NCBI GenBank assembly: GCA_002104945.1
Contig: MCFH01000002.1
Span: 620,001 to 684,000 of the forward strand
Source of the DNA: Piromyces finnis finn
Taxonomy: Eukaryota; Fungi; Neocallimastigomycota
DNA length: 64,000 nt
Reading direction: 5' to 3'
The notes below the pieces were generated by a model. It searched no databases, had not been told where the DNA came from, and was given only the letters and a program-made list of their open reading frames with translations. This document shows, piece after piece, positions 25,364 to 39,244 of this stretch. A program made the translations under genes and the position numbers. Positions within the stretch are counted from its first letter, which is position 1. Every line of letters begins with the position of its first letter.

Positions 25364-28300
25364 CATCATTGATCATGTGATTCCAATTTAATGACACATA
25401 TAACTACTCATGTGATTCAAATATAAAAATTTAAGTTTTTATTGGGCAAGAAAAAAAAGAATAATATGAAATGATAATTTATTATATTCTATTAATTTAC
25501 TAATTTTTTTTTTTTAAATAAGAACGCCTACACACCATTAATTAATATTAATATTATTTTATTATAATTCATGAATCATAATATTTCAATAAGTTGATTT
25601 CTTTTTAGCTACTTTTTTTTTATTGTTATTACTTATTACTATAGTTATTATTATTATTATTATTATTGTTAATTGAAAGTATCACCAATTTTTAGGAATA
25701 AATCTTAAATTAAAAATTACACATCAATTTCATTTTGAGCCGCAAATTAATGAAAATCACTTTTTATTTATCATATAATCAAAATGTATACATTATCTTT
25801 TTTTATTTTGCATAAAAAAAGGAATAACACTATAAAAAGAATATTAAAAAACAAATCATCAATTTTAACAACAATAACAAATAAATATAAAAGTATAATT
25901 GATTAGAAAATATTGCATTTTTTATATTTTTTAACAGCAAAAAAAAAAAAATTGAATTTATATATATTTTAATTATTGGTGGAAATCTTTAATACTCTTG
26001 GCTTTTATTTCAAATAGAAAAGAGACATTTCATTTCAAGAATTACTTTCTATTTTATTAAAGTTTATTTAATATGGATTTATAATTAAAAGAGCATAAAA
26101 ATATAATAAATTAACTTTTTTTTAGACTAAATTCTCTTTTATAGTAATTTTTTATTGTTGTTTTTTTTAATAAATATATATATATAAAGTTAAGGTGATA
26201 GCCAATAATATATTAATGTATTGTTATTATACGATTAATGAGCAAATTTGAAAAAGGTTAATTTTTATATATTACTTTTTAATATTTCAATGACTTGAAC
26301 ATTTTTAGTAGACATGTTAATAATATCTTTTTATATATATATCAATGTAGTTATGTTTATTATTTTTTATATCTATAAAACTTATTTTTTATTTTTTATC
26401 TAATAATATGTAATAGAAATAATAAAATAAAGGATAAATTAGCAAACAAAATTTTTAAAATAAATCATCATTTATTTATTTTTGTATATCATTTATTTAA
26501 TATTTTAATTCATTTATTTTTAATTTAAAATTTCATTTATATTAAAGTCATTAAAAATAGGAGAAATATAAAAAAAGGTGGAATAATTATTTTATATTGA
26601 TATTGATAATTAATGAAAAATTTATTTTTTTTTTATTATTAATAGTGATATATGATGTAAAGTAAGTATTTTTTTTTTTTTTTTGGAAAAAAGTAATAAA
26701 GGAAGAAATAAATAAAGAAAAGAAAGAAAATATCAAACGAATTTTATAAAGGATAACTATTTAATATCATTTTAAAATCAAATCAAATCAAATATATTAT
26801 TAGAAATAAATACATTTTAAAATTTCATGTTCAATTAATTTTGTTGACATTGATATTTACTATGATAAGAAAGTGTAGGTGAATTAAGAAAAAAATATAT
26901 TACTTTTTAGGTTAAAAAAAAAAAAAAAAACAATATAATTACATTCCTTAAAAGGAAATGTTTTGAATTTTATGTAATGATTGATGTTTAATTTTAATCA
27001 ATGTTTCATTTTGTGATATGACAATTTTTTATGACCTATGAAATTTATGTGGTAAATACTTATACACTACTATATGGATATAATTAATAGTTAAACTAAA
27101 TAACAATATATGAATATAAACGATTATTTTATATTCTTTATAAAAAAAATTACAATAGTATATTTCAAGTCTTTCTTTTTTTTTTATCATTTTATGTACA
27201 AAAATATATAAAAAAAAATAAAATATGATAAATGATGTTACATGAATACAAATAAATTAATTAAAATTTAACATGTTGAAAAATGAAAACAAACCTTATT
27301 TTATATTTAACGGTATCTTTTCATTTAATATTTTTTGAAATTTAATCAACTAATAAATTTTATTTACAAAATTTATATTAAATATTAAACTCTATATATT
27401 ACTAATTTTAAACGTCCATCTAAAGATTAATTAAATAATTAATATCTAATTTATTAATTTTATTATTTAATAAACTTTTTTTTTTCACCATTCATTATGA
27501 TTAATCATGATGAATAATATTTTATTAAAAAAAGCTTAACATTTTATGATTGTTAGAATAAATAAATAATAAATAAAAAAATAGTTTAAAAAGCCCTTTT
27601 TTTTTTAGTAAAACTAATTAAATAAAATTTAATTAATTAAAGCTAAAATCATTTTAATCTATAGAGTGATAATTATAATAATTCCATAGTAAGTTTAATT
27701 ATTATTTAATATTTAATTTTTTTTTTAAAAATAATTAAACATCATTATAGTATTTTGTTATACGAAAAGAAGGGTGAACTTTTATTAGTATATAAAATGA
27801 TGTGTCATCATTAACTTATATTTAAATTTTAAAAATTGGAGTACTTTTATTATTATTCCTATTAACTTGGACATTTTGATAAATGACTAAGAATTACTTT
27901 TTTTTTTTAATGAATTAAAATAATATCTGTGTTTGCTATTTTTTTTTTGCTCTATTTTTTTTAAAAAAATATCATAAGCTATTAGTATTAAAGACATTTT
28001 GAATTCAATTCAAGCATTTATTTTATATTGTTATCATTATTTATATGAAAATTCAATAAGGATAGTATTAATTGAAAATCGTTCTATTGATTAATTTACA
28101 TAATTAATTTTTTTATATTTAATATTATTTTTAAATAAATAAATAGATTTAATTAAATATTTTAAACAATGTTTTTTTTTCATTATTTATTTTTTAATTA
28201 ATTTATCGATTAAAATAAATAAAAAATTAATATAAATATTTAAAAGAGTTATTTTTCATTTTAGGTATATTTCCTTTATTATTTTATTTAATATAAATAA

Positions 28301-29330
28301 TTCTTATTTTCAATAGTAATTAATGAAAATACATTGTAATTGATTTTATGATGACTAAATGTTATATAAATGGGAATTTAAAAAATATAATTATCATTGC
28401 ATTATTTAAAAAAAAAGAATATATATGGATATATTTTTTTAAAAGCTTTATTTATTTTAAAATGCCTTTTTTTTTTTTGAATCATTTTTAATTTTTTTTT
28501 GTCAATTAATACAATTTTTTGAGAAAAAAAAAAAAAAACAAATAATTTTAAATTTAAAATAATAATAAAAAAATCTTATTATTTAAGGTTTATGATATTT
28601 AAATGATATCATTTGTATTATTCATTTATATTTATTTAAAATCTTTTTTTTAAATTAATTTAACTATGTCATATTTAATTTATTTATGTCATTTCATTAA
28701 TGATCATACTCATTAAATTATATAATAATAAATAACAATGTATAATAAATAAAATTCTATATTCATTTAATAAAATAAAAAATGAATTTTTATATTAACT
28801 ATTGACATATAATAAATTATATTCTTATATTAATTAAATCATAATAAATAATAAATAAATAAATAAATAAATAAAATTCTCTTATTAATTAAATAAACGT
28901 CATATATATAATAAATATATTACTTTTTTATTCATTAAATTGTGTATCATAAAATAAATGAAATATCAAAATTTAAAGTTTAATATAATGAGTAAAAAAA
29001 AAATAGTTTAGTTTTTTTTATTGATAAACAAATAAAATATAAAAAGTTCATTTTATTATTCATTTTATTATCACTTTAATAAAATTTCTAACCAATATAA
29101 TCTACTTATTATCATGAGTTGAAGAAATAATTATTTATATTTAATATATATTAAAATAAGTATTTTTTTGTATGATTCATAATTAGATGGTAGGAAGATG
29201 TAACCCATATATATATGAAAAGGCGTTCATTTTTATAGAGTAATGGATAAAAAAATAAAATATTTTTTTTTCAAAAAAGTTTTATTATTTTTAAAAATTT
29301 TCCTTTAATATATATATATAAATGAAATAT

Positions 29331-29486
29331 ATTTTATTAGTACTCAAAAAAAAAAAAAAAAAGAAATTCAAATTTAATTGAATGTACAAAAAAAAGAGGT
29401 ATTTTATTAGTACTCAAAAAAAAAAAAAAGAAATTCAAATTTAATTGAATGTACAAAAAAAGAGGTATTTTATTAGTACTCAAAAA
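29331..29486. repeat. Tandem duplication of a ~66-70 bp unit (2 full copies plus a 20-bp partial)
   Basis: Unit attttattagtactc(A)n gaaattcaaatttaattgaatgtac(A)n gaggt at 29331 and 29401, partial at 29467. The full copies differ only in poly-A length. Confidence 0.92.
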
Positions 29487-32400
29487 TTATTGTGCCTACC
29501 GTTAGTACAATATAGCATAATATAAAAACATGGAGAATGAAGAGTAATTAAAAATTAATTTTTTCTCATGTCGTACAAAATCGTTTTTTTATTCATTCCA
29601 ATTACATAAGCATAAAATCAATATACTACGCCACATCTACATACATCATAGTGTAATGATTCATATTTTCATATTTTCTTTTATTAAAATACTAAATATC
29701 ATTTTAATATTATTTTTATTATTTTAAGGAAAAGTCGTCAAATAAAATAATACTTTAAAATAGTTAAATTAATTCCTTTTTTTTTAATTTTATTAAAATT
29801 TATTTGATTACAATAATAAATAAAATTTATATTAAAAATTAAATTAAATTTACTTGGAGATAAATCTTTCATCATTAATATTATTCCTATATTAAATTAA
29901 CAATACATAAAAATATATTAAATTATTATTCTGAATAATTATTATACAATATATAAACAATTATTATCCATACAGTACTCAATATATTAATATTATATTA
30001 AATAAATAAAATAATATATAGATACTATATTAGAGTACATAGGAAAGGTTTTAAACTATAAAAACTTTAAAAATAATATTTTTCTGATTTCCCTAATTTC
30101 AACTTTTATTTTTTGTTTCAAGATAATAAAAAGTATAATGAATAGTAATTATAAAAATATTCAAAAGTTTAATTTTATTTTTTTCCTACAAAAATGAGGC
30201 CTTTTCCTCTCGTCTTCTTTGTCTAGTTTTTATTGGAAAAAACAACAATACACTAATTATTATTAGAATTTTTTTTTGATAACTATTTAATAAATTCTAA
30301 AAAAGTTAAAATATATTTTTATATTTTTTTATTCATGATAGTATATAACTTAAACCTATCATTCAAAAGACCTATAATTAAAGATTTTATGGATAGCTTA
30401 TCTTTTTTGATGTCTGATTGATACATATTTCTTATTATTGTAAGTTATTATAAAAAAGTTTAAAGCTTAAATAATTCTTTATTTTATTAATAAATTAATC
30501 AATGGTGGTTGGTGGCTATAGTTAAATCTTGTACTTTTCTTAAATTAAAAAATATATATATGCATATTCCTAGTATTGTTCTTTCTATTTTGTTGTTGCT
30601 GCTTTCCTTGCTATTTTATTATTTATAATTCAATTTTAATTATAAAAAATTAATATTATTTTGTGTTTAATTAAATTTATTTTTTTTGGTGAAGATATAA
30701 AACACCAATAAATTTAAAGAATATTATTTGGATGATGAAAATAAATATGTTTCACTATTAAATTTTATTATAAATAAAGTTTTGAAATTAAAATGTAAAT
30801 CGGTAATTAAAAAAAAAAAACAATCTAAAAAATTATAAAGTGTTTTATTTTTCTATAAAATATTCAATTTATTTTATAACTAATTTCAATGATATTTGAA
30901 AAAGTGAGTTAGTGTAGAGGGGAATGTCAAAGACTATGAATGAGTTCAGGTAAAAATAAGTAAAAAAAAAGTTTATAGTTTTAATAAATATGAATATATT
31001 TATTTAATATCTATTATTCATTGAAAATGCATTGAATTAAATAAAGAAAATTAATTATTTAATCATTTTATTAAATAATAAATAAACAAACAATGGTGTT
31101 ATTGTTAGCATTCATTGAGAAAATATATTTAACATTTATAAAAATAGCTATATCCATTTTTTTTTTCAATATTGTATATTTTTAGGAAAAAAAGGTTTTC
31201 TATTATTTAATAATTAAAGATGTGTTATTATAATACACATCCATTTCAACCTATTCATCATGGGATATGAAAAATATTTAAAGTAATTTTATTATTTTAT
31301 TTTTTTGGTTCTGGTTAATATTATTCATAGAAAATAATGATTTATTAAATACTAAAGATAATAATAATAATAGAAAATTAAATCAATCGTTTTAATTTAA
31401 TTAATTTAATATTAAATCAAATAATTAATAAATTTTATAATATTTTTAAAAATTAAATAAAAAATAGTAGGCAATGATATTCTATATATTATGAAAAAAA
31501 AGTGGTAAAATAAAAGATGATAATTTTATTTAATACAAAAATAATTATTGTTCATTCTTGAATAATATTAAAAAATTACTTTTTTTTTTTTTAAAAAAGA
31601 ATTCAACATATATAGTGTAATTTTGTTTTACTTTAATATCTTTTTTTTTATCGTTATTACGATTATTAAAAACAAAGTTACGCATGACAATAAAATATAA
31701 ATCTTATTTATGACTATAATTTCAATAGTATTATCTCAATACTACTAAAAATATCCATATCATATAATACCATCTTGGAAAAGATCATTTTCAAATTTAA
31801 ACTTCTTTCTTTTTTTAATGTAAACTTTTTTTTATTTATGATCGACATAATGAAAACGTCTTTTTCATCCTTCTACATTATTTTTACCATACCATCATAA
31901 AATAATAATAAAATAATAGTAATCCTAAATTAATAGTATCAACCAAAAAAAAAAAAAGATTTAAATTTATTTGTTGTTATTATTATTATCATTGTATAAT
32001 TATTAAAAAAGGAATATTAAAATTTAATATAAAATTTAATTTAATAAAACTTGATGTACTTAAAAAGGTAGATTAATAAAAATTGATGTTTTAACCCTAA
32101 ATATTTTGTGTACTTTTTAATTTATTTATTAAAGATAGAATTAGAATAAAAAATTCAATTTAAAATAAATATATTGGTTATACTATAGATATATTGGATA
32201 CAATAAAATATAATATATGTTTCTTTCATTATTATGAACTATTTCATTATGATATAAAATTAAAAATTACTATTATATATTAATAGTGTAACTTTGGAAA
32301 CCAATAATAGTAAATTAAGTAACAAATCCAAAATTAAAACTTTATTGTATACAAATTTAATAATTAATTTAAATTTGGAAAAAAAACATAATTAAAAAAG

Positions 32401-34846
32401 GGATTATATACATATATTATAATATATTGTTTAATAAATTTATTTACATATTATCTATATTGATTCTTAACTACTTATTAATAATAGTAAAAAATACAAG
32501 TAATATATAAAATAGGGATAGATGATTCAAAACTATCATTAACAAATAGAATATTTAATATATTATTTAATATATTATTGACTATTTAACAATATTAAAA
32601 TTAAAATATCTCATTATCAATTAGATTAAATGTATTAAAAATTGATGGTTATGAGGTGAATGGAAATTCTCCGATTTTATTTTTGTATATGAATAAAATT
32701 TATCTTGTATTCATATTGTATTAAAATATATTAAACACTGTAGATTAAATATATTGTTGTATATATTCTTATATATTGATACTACATCTGATAGATTCAT
32801 TCATTAAGAAAAAATATATATTCAAGTACATTTATAATATATTATATATTTATTCATACATTATAAGAAATTTTTTTTTTTAAAAAAAATTTAATTATTA
32901 TATGACATTCACATTTTAAGATAATATAATATATGATTCAATATATTTTAATTATAATTAATATATTAATTATTTTTTTTGTTTTTTTTTAAAAATAAGG
33001 AATTTTATTATGGTGAGCAGCAACATTATTAGAACATTAATAACAAGTGAATAGGATAAAACATAAAATGGCCAAAGAAATAAAACAAGAACTCTAGGTC
33101 GTTTTACTATTATTATTAAGGATGGATAAAGAACAATTTAAAATTTTTATTTGATACCTTTGTAAATGAATACTTATACAATATTCTTATTAATTTTAAG
33201 ATTGAATGAAAGAATAGTATAGGATCTAGTATACCTATTTTAATAAATGATGATAAATTGATTTTTTAGGGTACATTCATAAAATTTTATTCCCTTTTAA
33301 AAAAATTAATTTTTTTAGAAAAGGATGGTTTGTTTATAGATAGGCAATAATTAACCAAAAACAACAACAACTATATATTTATATTATATAACTATACTAT
33401 TATATAATTAATATTTTTTTTTCATATTAATAAAAAATACTTTGAATAAAAATTAATATTGTTGAAAAATAATAAAAATAATAATAATAATAATAAATAA
33501 AAAAATTTAATTATTTAAATTTTATTTTTTTTAAAATAAAAGTATCAAAATTTATATTAAATTTCAATATATTAGTAAATATATTATAATACATAGATAA
33601 TATATTAATTTGAAGTGATGTAATATTATTCATTTTAAATTATTTTAAATTGAAAATTGAAAAATTATATATAAAGTTGAAAATTTCTACTCTTTTTGAT
33701 TTTTTTTTTTTTTTTTTTTTTTACTACAAAGTAATTAGCACAAAATAATTTATATAAAAAAGAGTTATTTTATTCTTCATTTTTTTTTTACATTTTCTTT
33801 TTTTCTTTTTCATTTTTTTTTTTTTAAATTTTCATAAAATTAAAATTATTTTTATTTTATGTTATTTTAAAGAAAAAAAAAATTTTTAAACTTTTAATTG
33901 TTATATATATTAATTTTATTTATTTAGTTTTAATGTTTAACTATTAAAGCAAAAAAAAAAAAAAGTACATTAATATCATAAAAAATTTGTATAAATTAAG
34001 TATTTTTTTTATAGCTTTCTTGTTAATATATATTTATATTTATTAAAAGTTTATAAAGTTTTTTGTTATATAATTTAAAGAAAACAGTAAAAAAAAGAAA
34101 GAAAAATAATAAAAATATAATAATTGTAATAATAATAAATGTTATTTATATAATAAGTAATATCAACCTTTCATAGTAGTCAAGTTTTTTTTTATAGAAA
34201 AGAAAACAATAATTCATTAGGAAAACAAATTATTTATTTTATATATTTATTTAAAAACTAAATATCAAAGTGATATATTGCTTATTATTATTGTATAAAT
34301 TTGATATTTATATTAGATAACATTTTAATGTAATGATTTTTTAATAAAAATATTTATTAAACGTAAATACAGTAAAAATATTTGAATTAAGAAAACATTA
34401 TTAAATATTTATTTTTTTTTAAAAAAAGAAAAGTAAACATTTTTTAAAAATAAAAAAATTAACATAAAAAGGTAAATAAACGAAAAAAAAGATAAAAAAA
34501 AAACACAAAAAATAATAAAGATAGTAATAAAAGTAATAATAATAATATTTATTTATTTATTTACTTTAATAGGTTATTTTAAATAATAAAAATAATAAAA
34601 CAACAACGAAAACTATTCAACAAACAAAATAAAATTATAAAGAGCGATAATATAATTAATATTGAATATTAAGTAAGTTAATTATTATAAAAGTTTTATT
34701 CTACTTAAACAAGAAGTATTAATAATATATTTAATTTTATATAGTATAGCTATAGCTGATAATTATTTTTCAAACAAGTTAAATAATATTAAAATATATT
34801 TTTTTAAAATATTGAAAAAAGAAAAAATTTTTTAAAAAAATTAACA

Positions 34847-36826
34847 ATGTCTTATCAACATAATAATTACGTATCTGAAATTGATTTAACTCGTGCTAAC
34901 AATCAGGAGATAACAATTGATTGTGAAAATTATAGCAGTAATGGTGGTAATATCCATGTCAATAATGGTTCCTCAAATATGACTTCTTCTCATAGAAGAA
35001 ATCAAAGTGGAGTCAGTGGATTAGCAAATTCTTCTTCAGCACCAACACTTTTTGAATCTACAGCAGATAATTCTAGCTTCAAAGTTGTTAGATCATATAG
35101 AGAATATGCTGCCAATTTTGTAACTTCAGATGATTCCATCAGTTCTAATTCTGATATAACAGGTGCTGTTGATGGTGTTAGTATTGATGATAAAAATACA
35201 TATGATGCTTATGAATCCAAAAATATTATTGATTATGATATTAATAAATCAAAAACTGTCAAATCAACTAGTACTTCCAGTTCAAGAACAGCATACAAAA
35301 ATCCTACACTTTTATCAGTGGTTAATCAAACTTTAGTTAATACTAATTTCGAAAAGAATTATGCAGTGGATTCACTCTATGACGATGAAGATGAAATTAA
35401 AAAGATAAAGGAAGAAAACCGTAAGAAAATTGATACTCAATTAAAACTTCAAAAAATGATTTTAAAGGTTCCAGAAACTTATGATATTCCAACTCGTAAT
35501 AAAAAAATCATTTCTCAACGTATTTTAAATTTGACATTAGTTCTTATGATTGTCATTGCTACTACTTTAATAGCATTATATATATATTTAAAGTTAAATC
35601 ACGGTTACAGTTTCCCACATATTAAAGATATTAATGATGGTAACAGAACAAAGATGATTTTCATTGGTTTGTTTATGTATCTTGCTGTAATTATTGGTTC
35701 TGTTGGTTCTGCTTTAAATTGGAAGTCTATCTTAGTTACCTATTGTGTTTTCTGTTCTTTAAATGCTTTAGCTTTAGGATATTTAGTTTATGGTATTTAT
35801 GATGATGCTTATAATTATTCAAATTTACCATTTGCTTGGTGGGATACCTACTCTTCAACTACTCGTAGAACCATTCAAGATCAATTTTCATGCTGTGGTT
35901 TCAAACAACCATTAGATGGTGGTGAAGTTAGTAACTATTGTCCAAAGGAAGCTGTTGTTTGGAATATTCCATATGAAACTATCTATGATAATTTCTATAT
36001 CTGGAAGAAGGATGCTGTATCTAAGGAAATGAATGCAACAGTTGTAGGAAAGAGCAATCCTGTTGTCTTACCTACTCCTGTATTAGATCAAGTCCCAACT
36101 CCAACCATGGATACCAATACTCCTGATCTTGTTAATAACGATAACGTTGAAGGAACTACCACCACCACTGCTCAACAAAATCAAGATGATTATTCTTCAA
36201 GACCAGAAAATACAGAAGAACCTTCTTCATCTCATACTCAAGATGAAACTTCTACTCAAGATAATTCCACCGTTATCGTTGATGATACTAATGATAATGG
36301 AGAAACTAGAGTAAATGATGAAACTGAAGACAATACAAATGATGATACTAATATATCAAAGAGATCTTTTGAAATAGAGGTTAAAGCTATGAAAATTTTA
36401 GATTCACCAGTTCGTGTTAATAATATATACAATATATTATCAGCTAACGAAATTGAAGAAGAAAATGATGGTCGTGATGATAAAGAAATTGCAAGAATAA
36501 GAGTTTTAAATAAACGTACTTATGAACGTGAGTCTTTTGAACATTATCAAATGCGTACTAATGGTGGTGTTGTTAATACCAATCCAATTGAAAATATTCA
36601 AAACAGCAACTTCACTGGCTTAACTCCAGAAGAAAGTAAAATGTTTGCTAAAACAAATAATATTGAAGGATGTGAAGAAAAAATAAAACCATTTATACAT
36701 AAGAATCTTGTTCCAATATTTTATGTTTTATTAGTATTCTTTTGTTTATATATAATAACCATTCCAACAGCATTAGTATTCTTATTCAAATTACGTACTA
36801 TCCCAAGTATAAATGAATTTGAGTAA
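34847..36826 (+). CDS. Intronless tetraspanin-family protein (659 aa) with a long N-terminal tail and a greatly enlarged large extracellular loop
   Basis: Four hydrophobic segments in a 3+1 arrangement (from ~aa 226, ~270, ~295 and ~622). The EC2 has IQDQFSCCGF (CCG at 35891-35899) plus Cys365 and Cys609 (EGCEEKI) just before TM4, which is the tetraspanin signature. Confidence 0.85.
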   Translation: MSYQHNNYVSEIDLTRANNQEITIDCENYSSNGGNIHVNNGSSNMTSSHRRNQSGVSGLANSSSAPTLFESTADNSSFKVVRSYREYAANFVTSDDSISSNSDITGAVDGVSIDDKNTYDAYESKNIIDYDINKSKTVKSTSTSSSRTAYKNPTLLSVVNQTLVNTNFEKNYAVDSLYDDEDEIKKIKEENRKKIDTQLKLQKMILKVPETYDIPTRNKKIISQRILNLTLVLMIVIATTLIALYIYLKLNHGYSFPHIKDINDGNRTKMIFIGLFMYLAVIIGSVGSALNWKSILVTYCVFCSLNALALGYLVYGIYDDAYNYSNLPFAWWDTYSSTTRRTIQDQFSCCGFKQPLDGGEVSNYCPKEAVVWNIPYETIYDNFYIWKKDAVSKEMNATVVGKSNPVVLPTPVLDQVPTPTMDTNTPDLVNNDNVEGTTTTTAQQNQDDYSSRPENTEEPSSSHTQDETSTQDNSTVIVDDTNDNGETRVNDETEDNTNDDTNISKRSFEIEVKAMKILDSPVRVNNIYNILSANEIEEENDGRDDKEIARIRVLNKRTYERESFEHYQMRTNGGVVNTNPIENIQNSNFTGLTPEESKMFAKTNNIEGCEEKIKPFIHKNLVPIFYVLLVFFCLYIITIPTALVFLFKLRTIPSINEFE

Positions 36827-38161
36827 ATGGGAAATATTAAGAAGAAAGGTATAATTCGGGTATAATTTAATACTATTTATCATAAAAAACAAAAGAATAA
36901 GTAATAATTCTATATCAATCAAAAAAAAAAAAAAAAAAAGAAAGAAAAAAGAGTAATTATATAAATAAGTAAAAACAAGATTTTTTTTCATTCTTTTTTA
37001 TTTTTTTATAAATTTATTTAATTTACTACACATCATTACACAATTATTATAATGAATTATATATAATACCATGTTAATTTTTTTTATAAAAAAATTATAA
37101 TTAATTGAAGTTCAATAATAAACACCAATGTTTTTCATTTTTAATAATCGTTATTTAAAATTATATATTTTATTATTTTAATAGTTAATAATCATTTTTA
37201 TATATTTTTAACAAAAACAAAAACACAAAACAAACTCTATAAAAATCACATTACATTTATAAACAAGCAATCCATCAAAAAAAAAAAAAGGAAAAAAAGA
37301 AAAAAAAAGGAAAAAAATTTAAAAAAATTTAAAAAAAAATAATAGAAATGAATATAAATATTAATATATTAATATATCATAGTCATTACTATATTAAATA
37401 ATTAACATATAATAAATAATAATAAATTATAAAATATACATAATAAATAATATTCTTGTTTATTATTGTGGTGTATACCAGTATAAATCTTTTTTTTTTA
37501 GCAAAAAAAAGTAAAGAAAAAAACAAAAAAAAAAAAAGATATCCATTATTTATTATTATTAAAATTTTAATATTATTAAGTTTTTTTTAATAGTATTAAA
37601 ATTTAAGTATATGTTAATTAAAGAACTAATTAAAAAAAAGAAATATAATATATTATTAATTTATATTTATTATTGTTTGTTTTAAGTTTTTGCTTTTGTT
37701 ACCTTTTTCATTATAAATTTATTATTAATTAAGGTTGTTGAATGAAAAGAAAAGTTTCATTATTTGGATTATTCTAATGATAAAAGTTGTATCAAATTTT
37801 AATTACTTTGTGAAACAATTACAAGTTAAAAAAAAAAAAAGTTTTTTTTTTTTTTTAATATTGCGGTGTTTTTTTTTTTATTTTTAAAAAAAAAAAATGA
37901 AGAAACAAAATAAAAGCACAAAAAAAAAAAAAAAAAAAAAAAGAAAGGAAATGAAATGAATGAAAAGAAAAAAAAAAATATTATATATATATTTCATAAA
38001 AAAAGTTTTTTAAATAAAATTAAATAATAATATAAAAAAAATAAAAGATTTTTTTTTTTTTAAAAGTTTTTTTTTATATATTATATTTGGAAAGAAAGTA
38101 ATAAAAGAAAAATATTAATGGAAAAAGCTATTTTTAATGGCAAAAAGTAAAAAAAAAAGTG

Positions 38162-38244
<83 letters not shown>

Positions 38245-38246
38245 AT
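38162..38246. repeat. (AAAT)n microsatellite, about 21 copies
   Basis: Directly visible. It produces the spurious ORF 38081-38281. Confidence 0.95.
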
Positions 38247-39244
38247 TTTAATTTAAAACAACAAACAAAACAATGTTTCAAATTTTATTATTTTCATTTA
38301 TTGTTAGTTGATCCATTTAAATAAAAAAAAAAAAAGATTTTTCTTTTATTAAAACCGATAATGGAAAACAAACAAACAATAACAAAAAAAAAAAAAAAAA
38401 AAAAAATAGATAAATATATAAATATAAATATAAAAATGAATATTTTATATTTATATATATTTATCATAATTGTTAACTCCCCATTTTATATTAAAACAAT
38501 AAAATAATTTCAAATTTTTTCAAATAGATATTTTTTTTTTTTCATTTGGATGTTGCTATTTTTTATATTTATATTTATTATTATACTTTATTTTTTATGG
38601 TAATATATTTTTGTTGTTATTTCTAACTATATAAACTATTGATACACCTGTAGATGTATATATATATATAATAAAAAAGAAACTTTTTTTTTTTTACATA
38701 TAAATAATAGTAATAATAACAATTAGAAGAAAAAGGATAAAAAAAAAAAAAAAATCAATTGAAATTAATTAAATAGTAAAACCAAACTGTAGAAATAAAA
38801 TAAAAAAGAAAAACTATGTACTTTTACATCATCATAAAAAAAAAAAGGTTTCCATAAGGAAAAGATAGGTATAGTAATAAAAATAAAAATAAAAATAATA
38901 AAAAAAAGAAATATATATAAATGGTTAAAATATAAAGGAAATAATTGAAATTTATATATAAAGTATGCAAGAAAAATTGGACATTTTAAAACTGTTGTAA
39001 ATAAATAGAATTATATATATATATTTTTTAAATAATAAATTATTATTATTATTATAAATTATTTTTTTTTCTTTACTTTTATATTATATATGAATTATTT
39101 TACATATACTATATATTTATTAAAAGTATTTTTTTTTTTTTTTTTGATTTTTTTTAAATGTTTTTTTTTTATTTTTTCAGTTTTTCAATTTTTTTATGTT
39201 ATTATTATTATTTATATAATTTATTATTATTATTAGTAGTTGTA

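Noticed and set aside
25359-25368. 5-bp TSD ACATC
   Set aside because: It would require the LTR to end in TC. The TGATA/TATCA termini and the 5' LTR end favour a CA end with a 4-bp CATC TSD.
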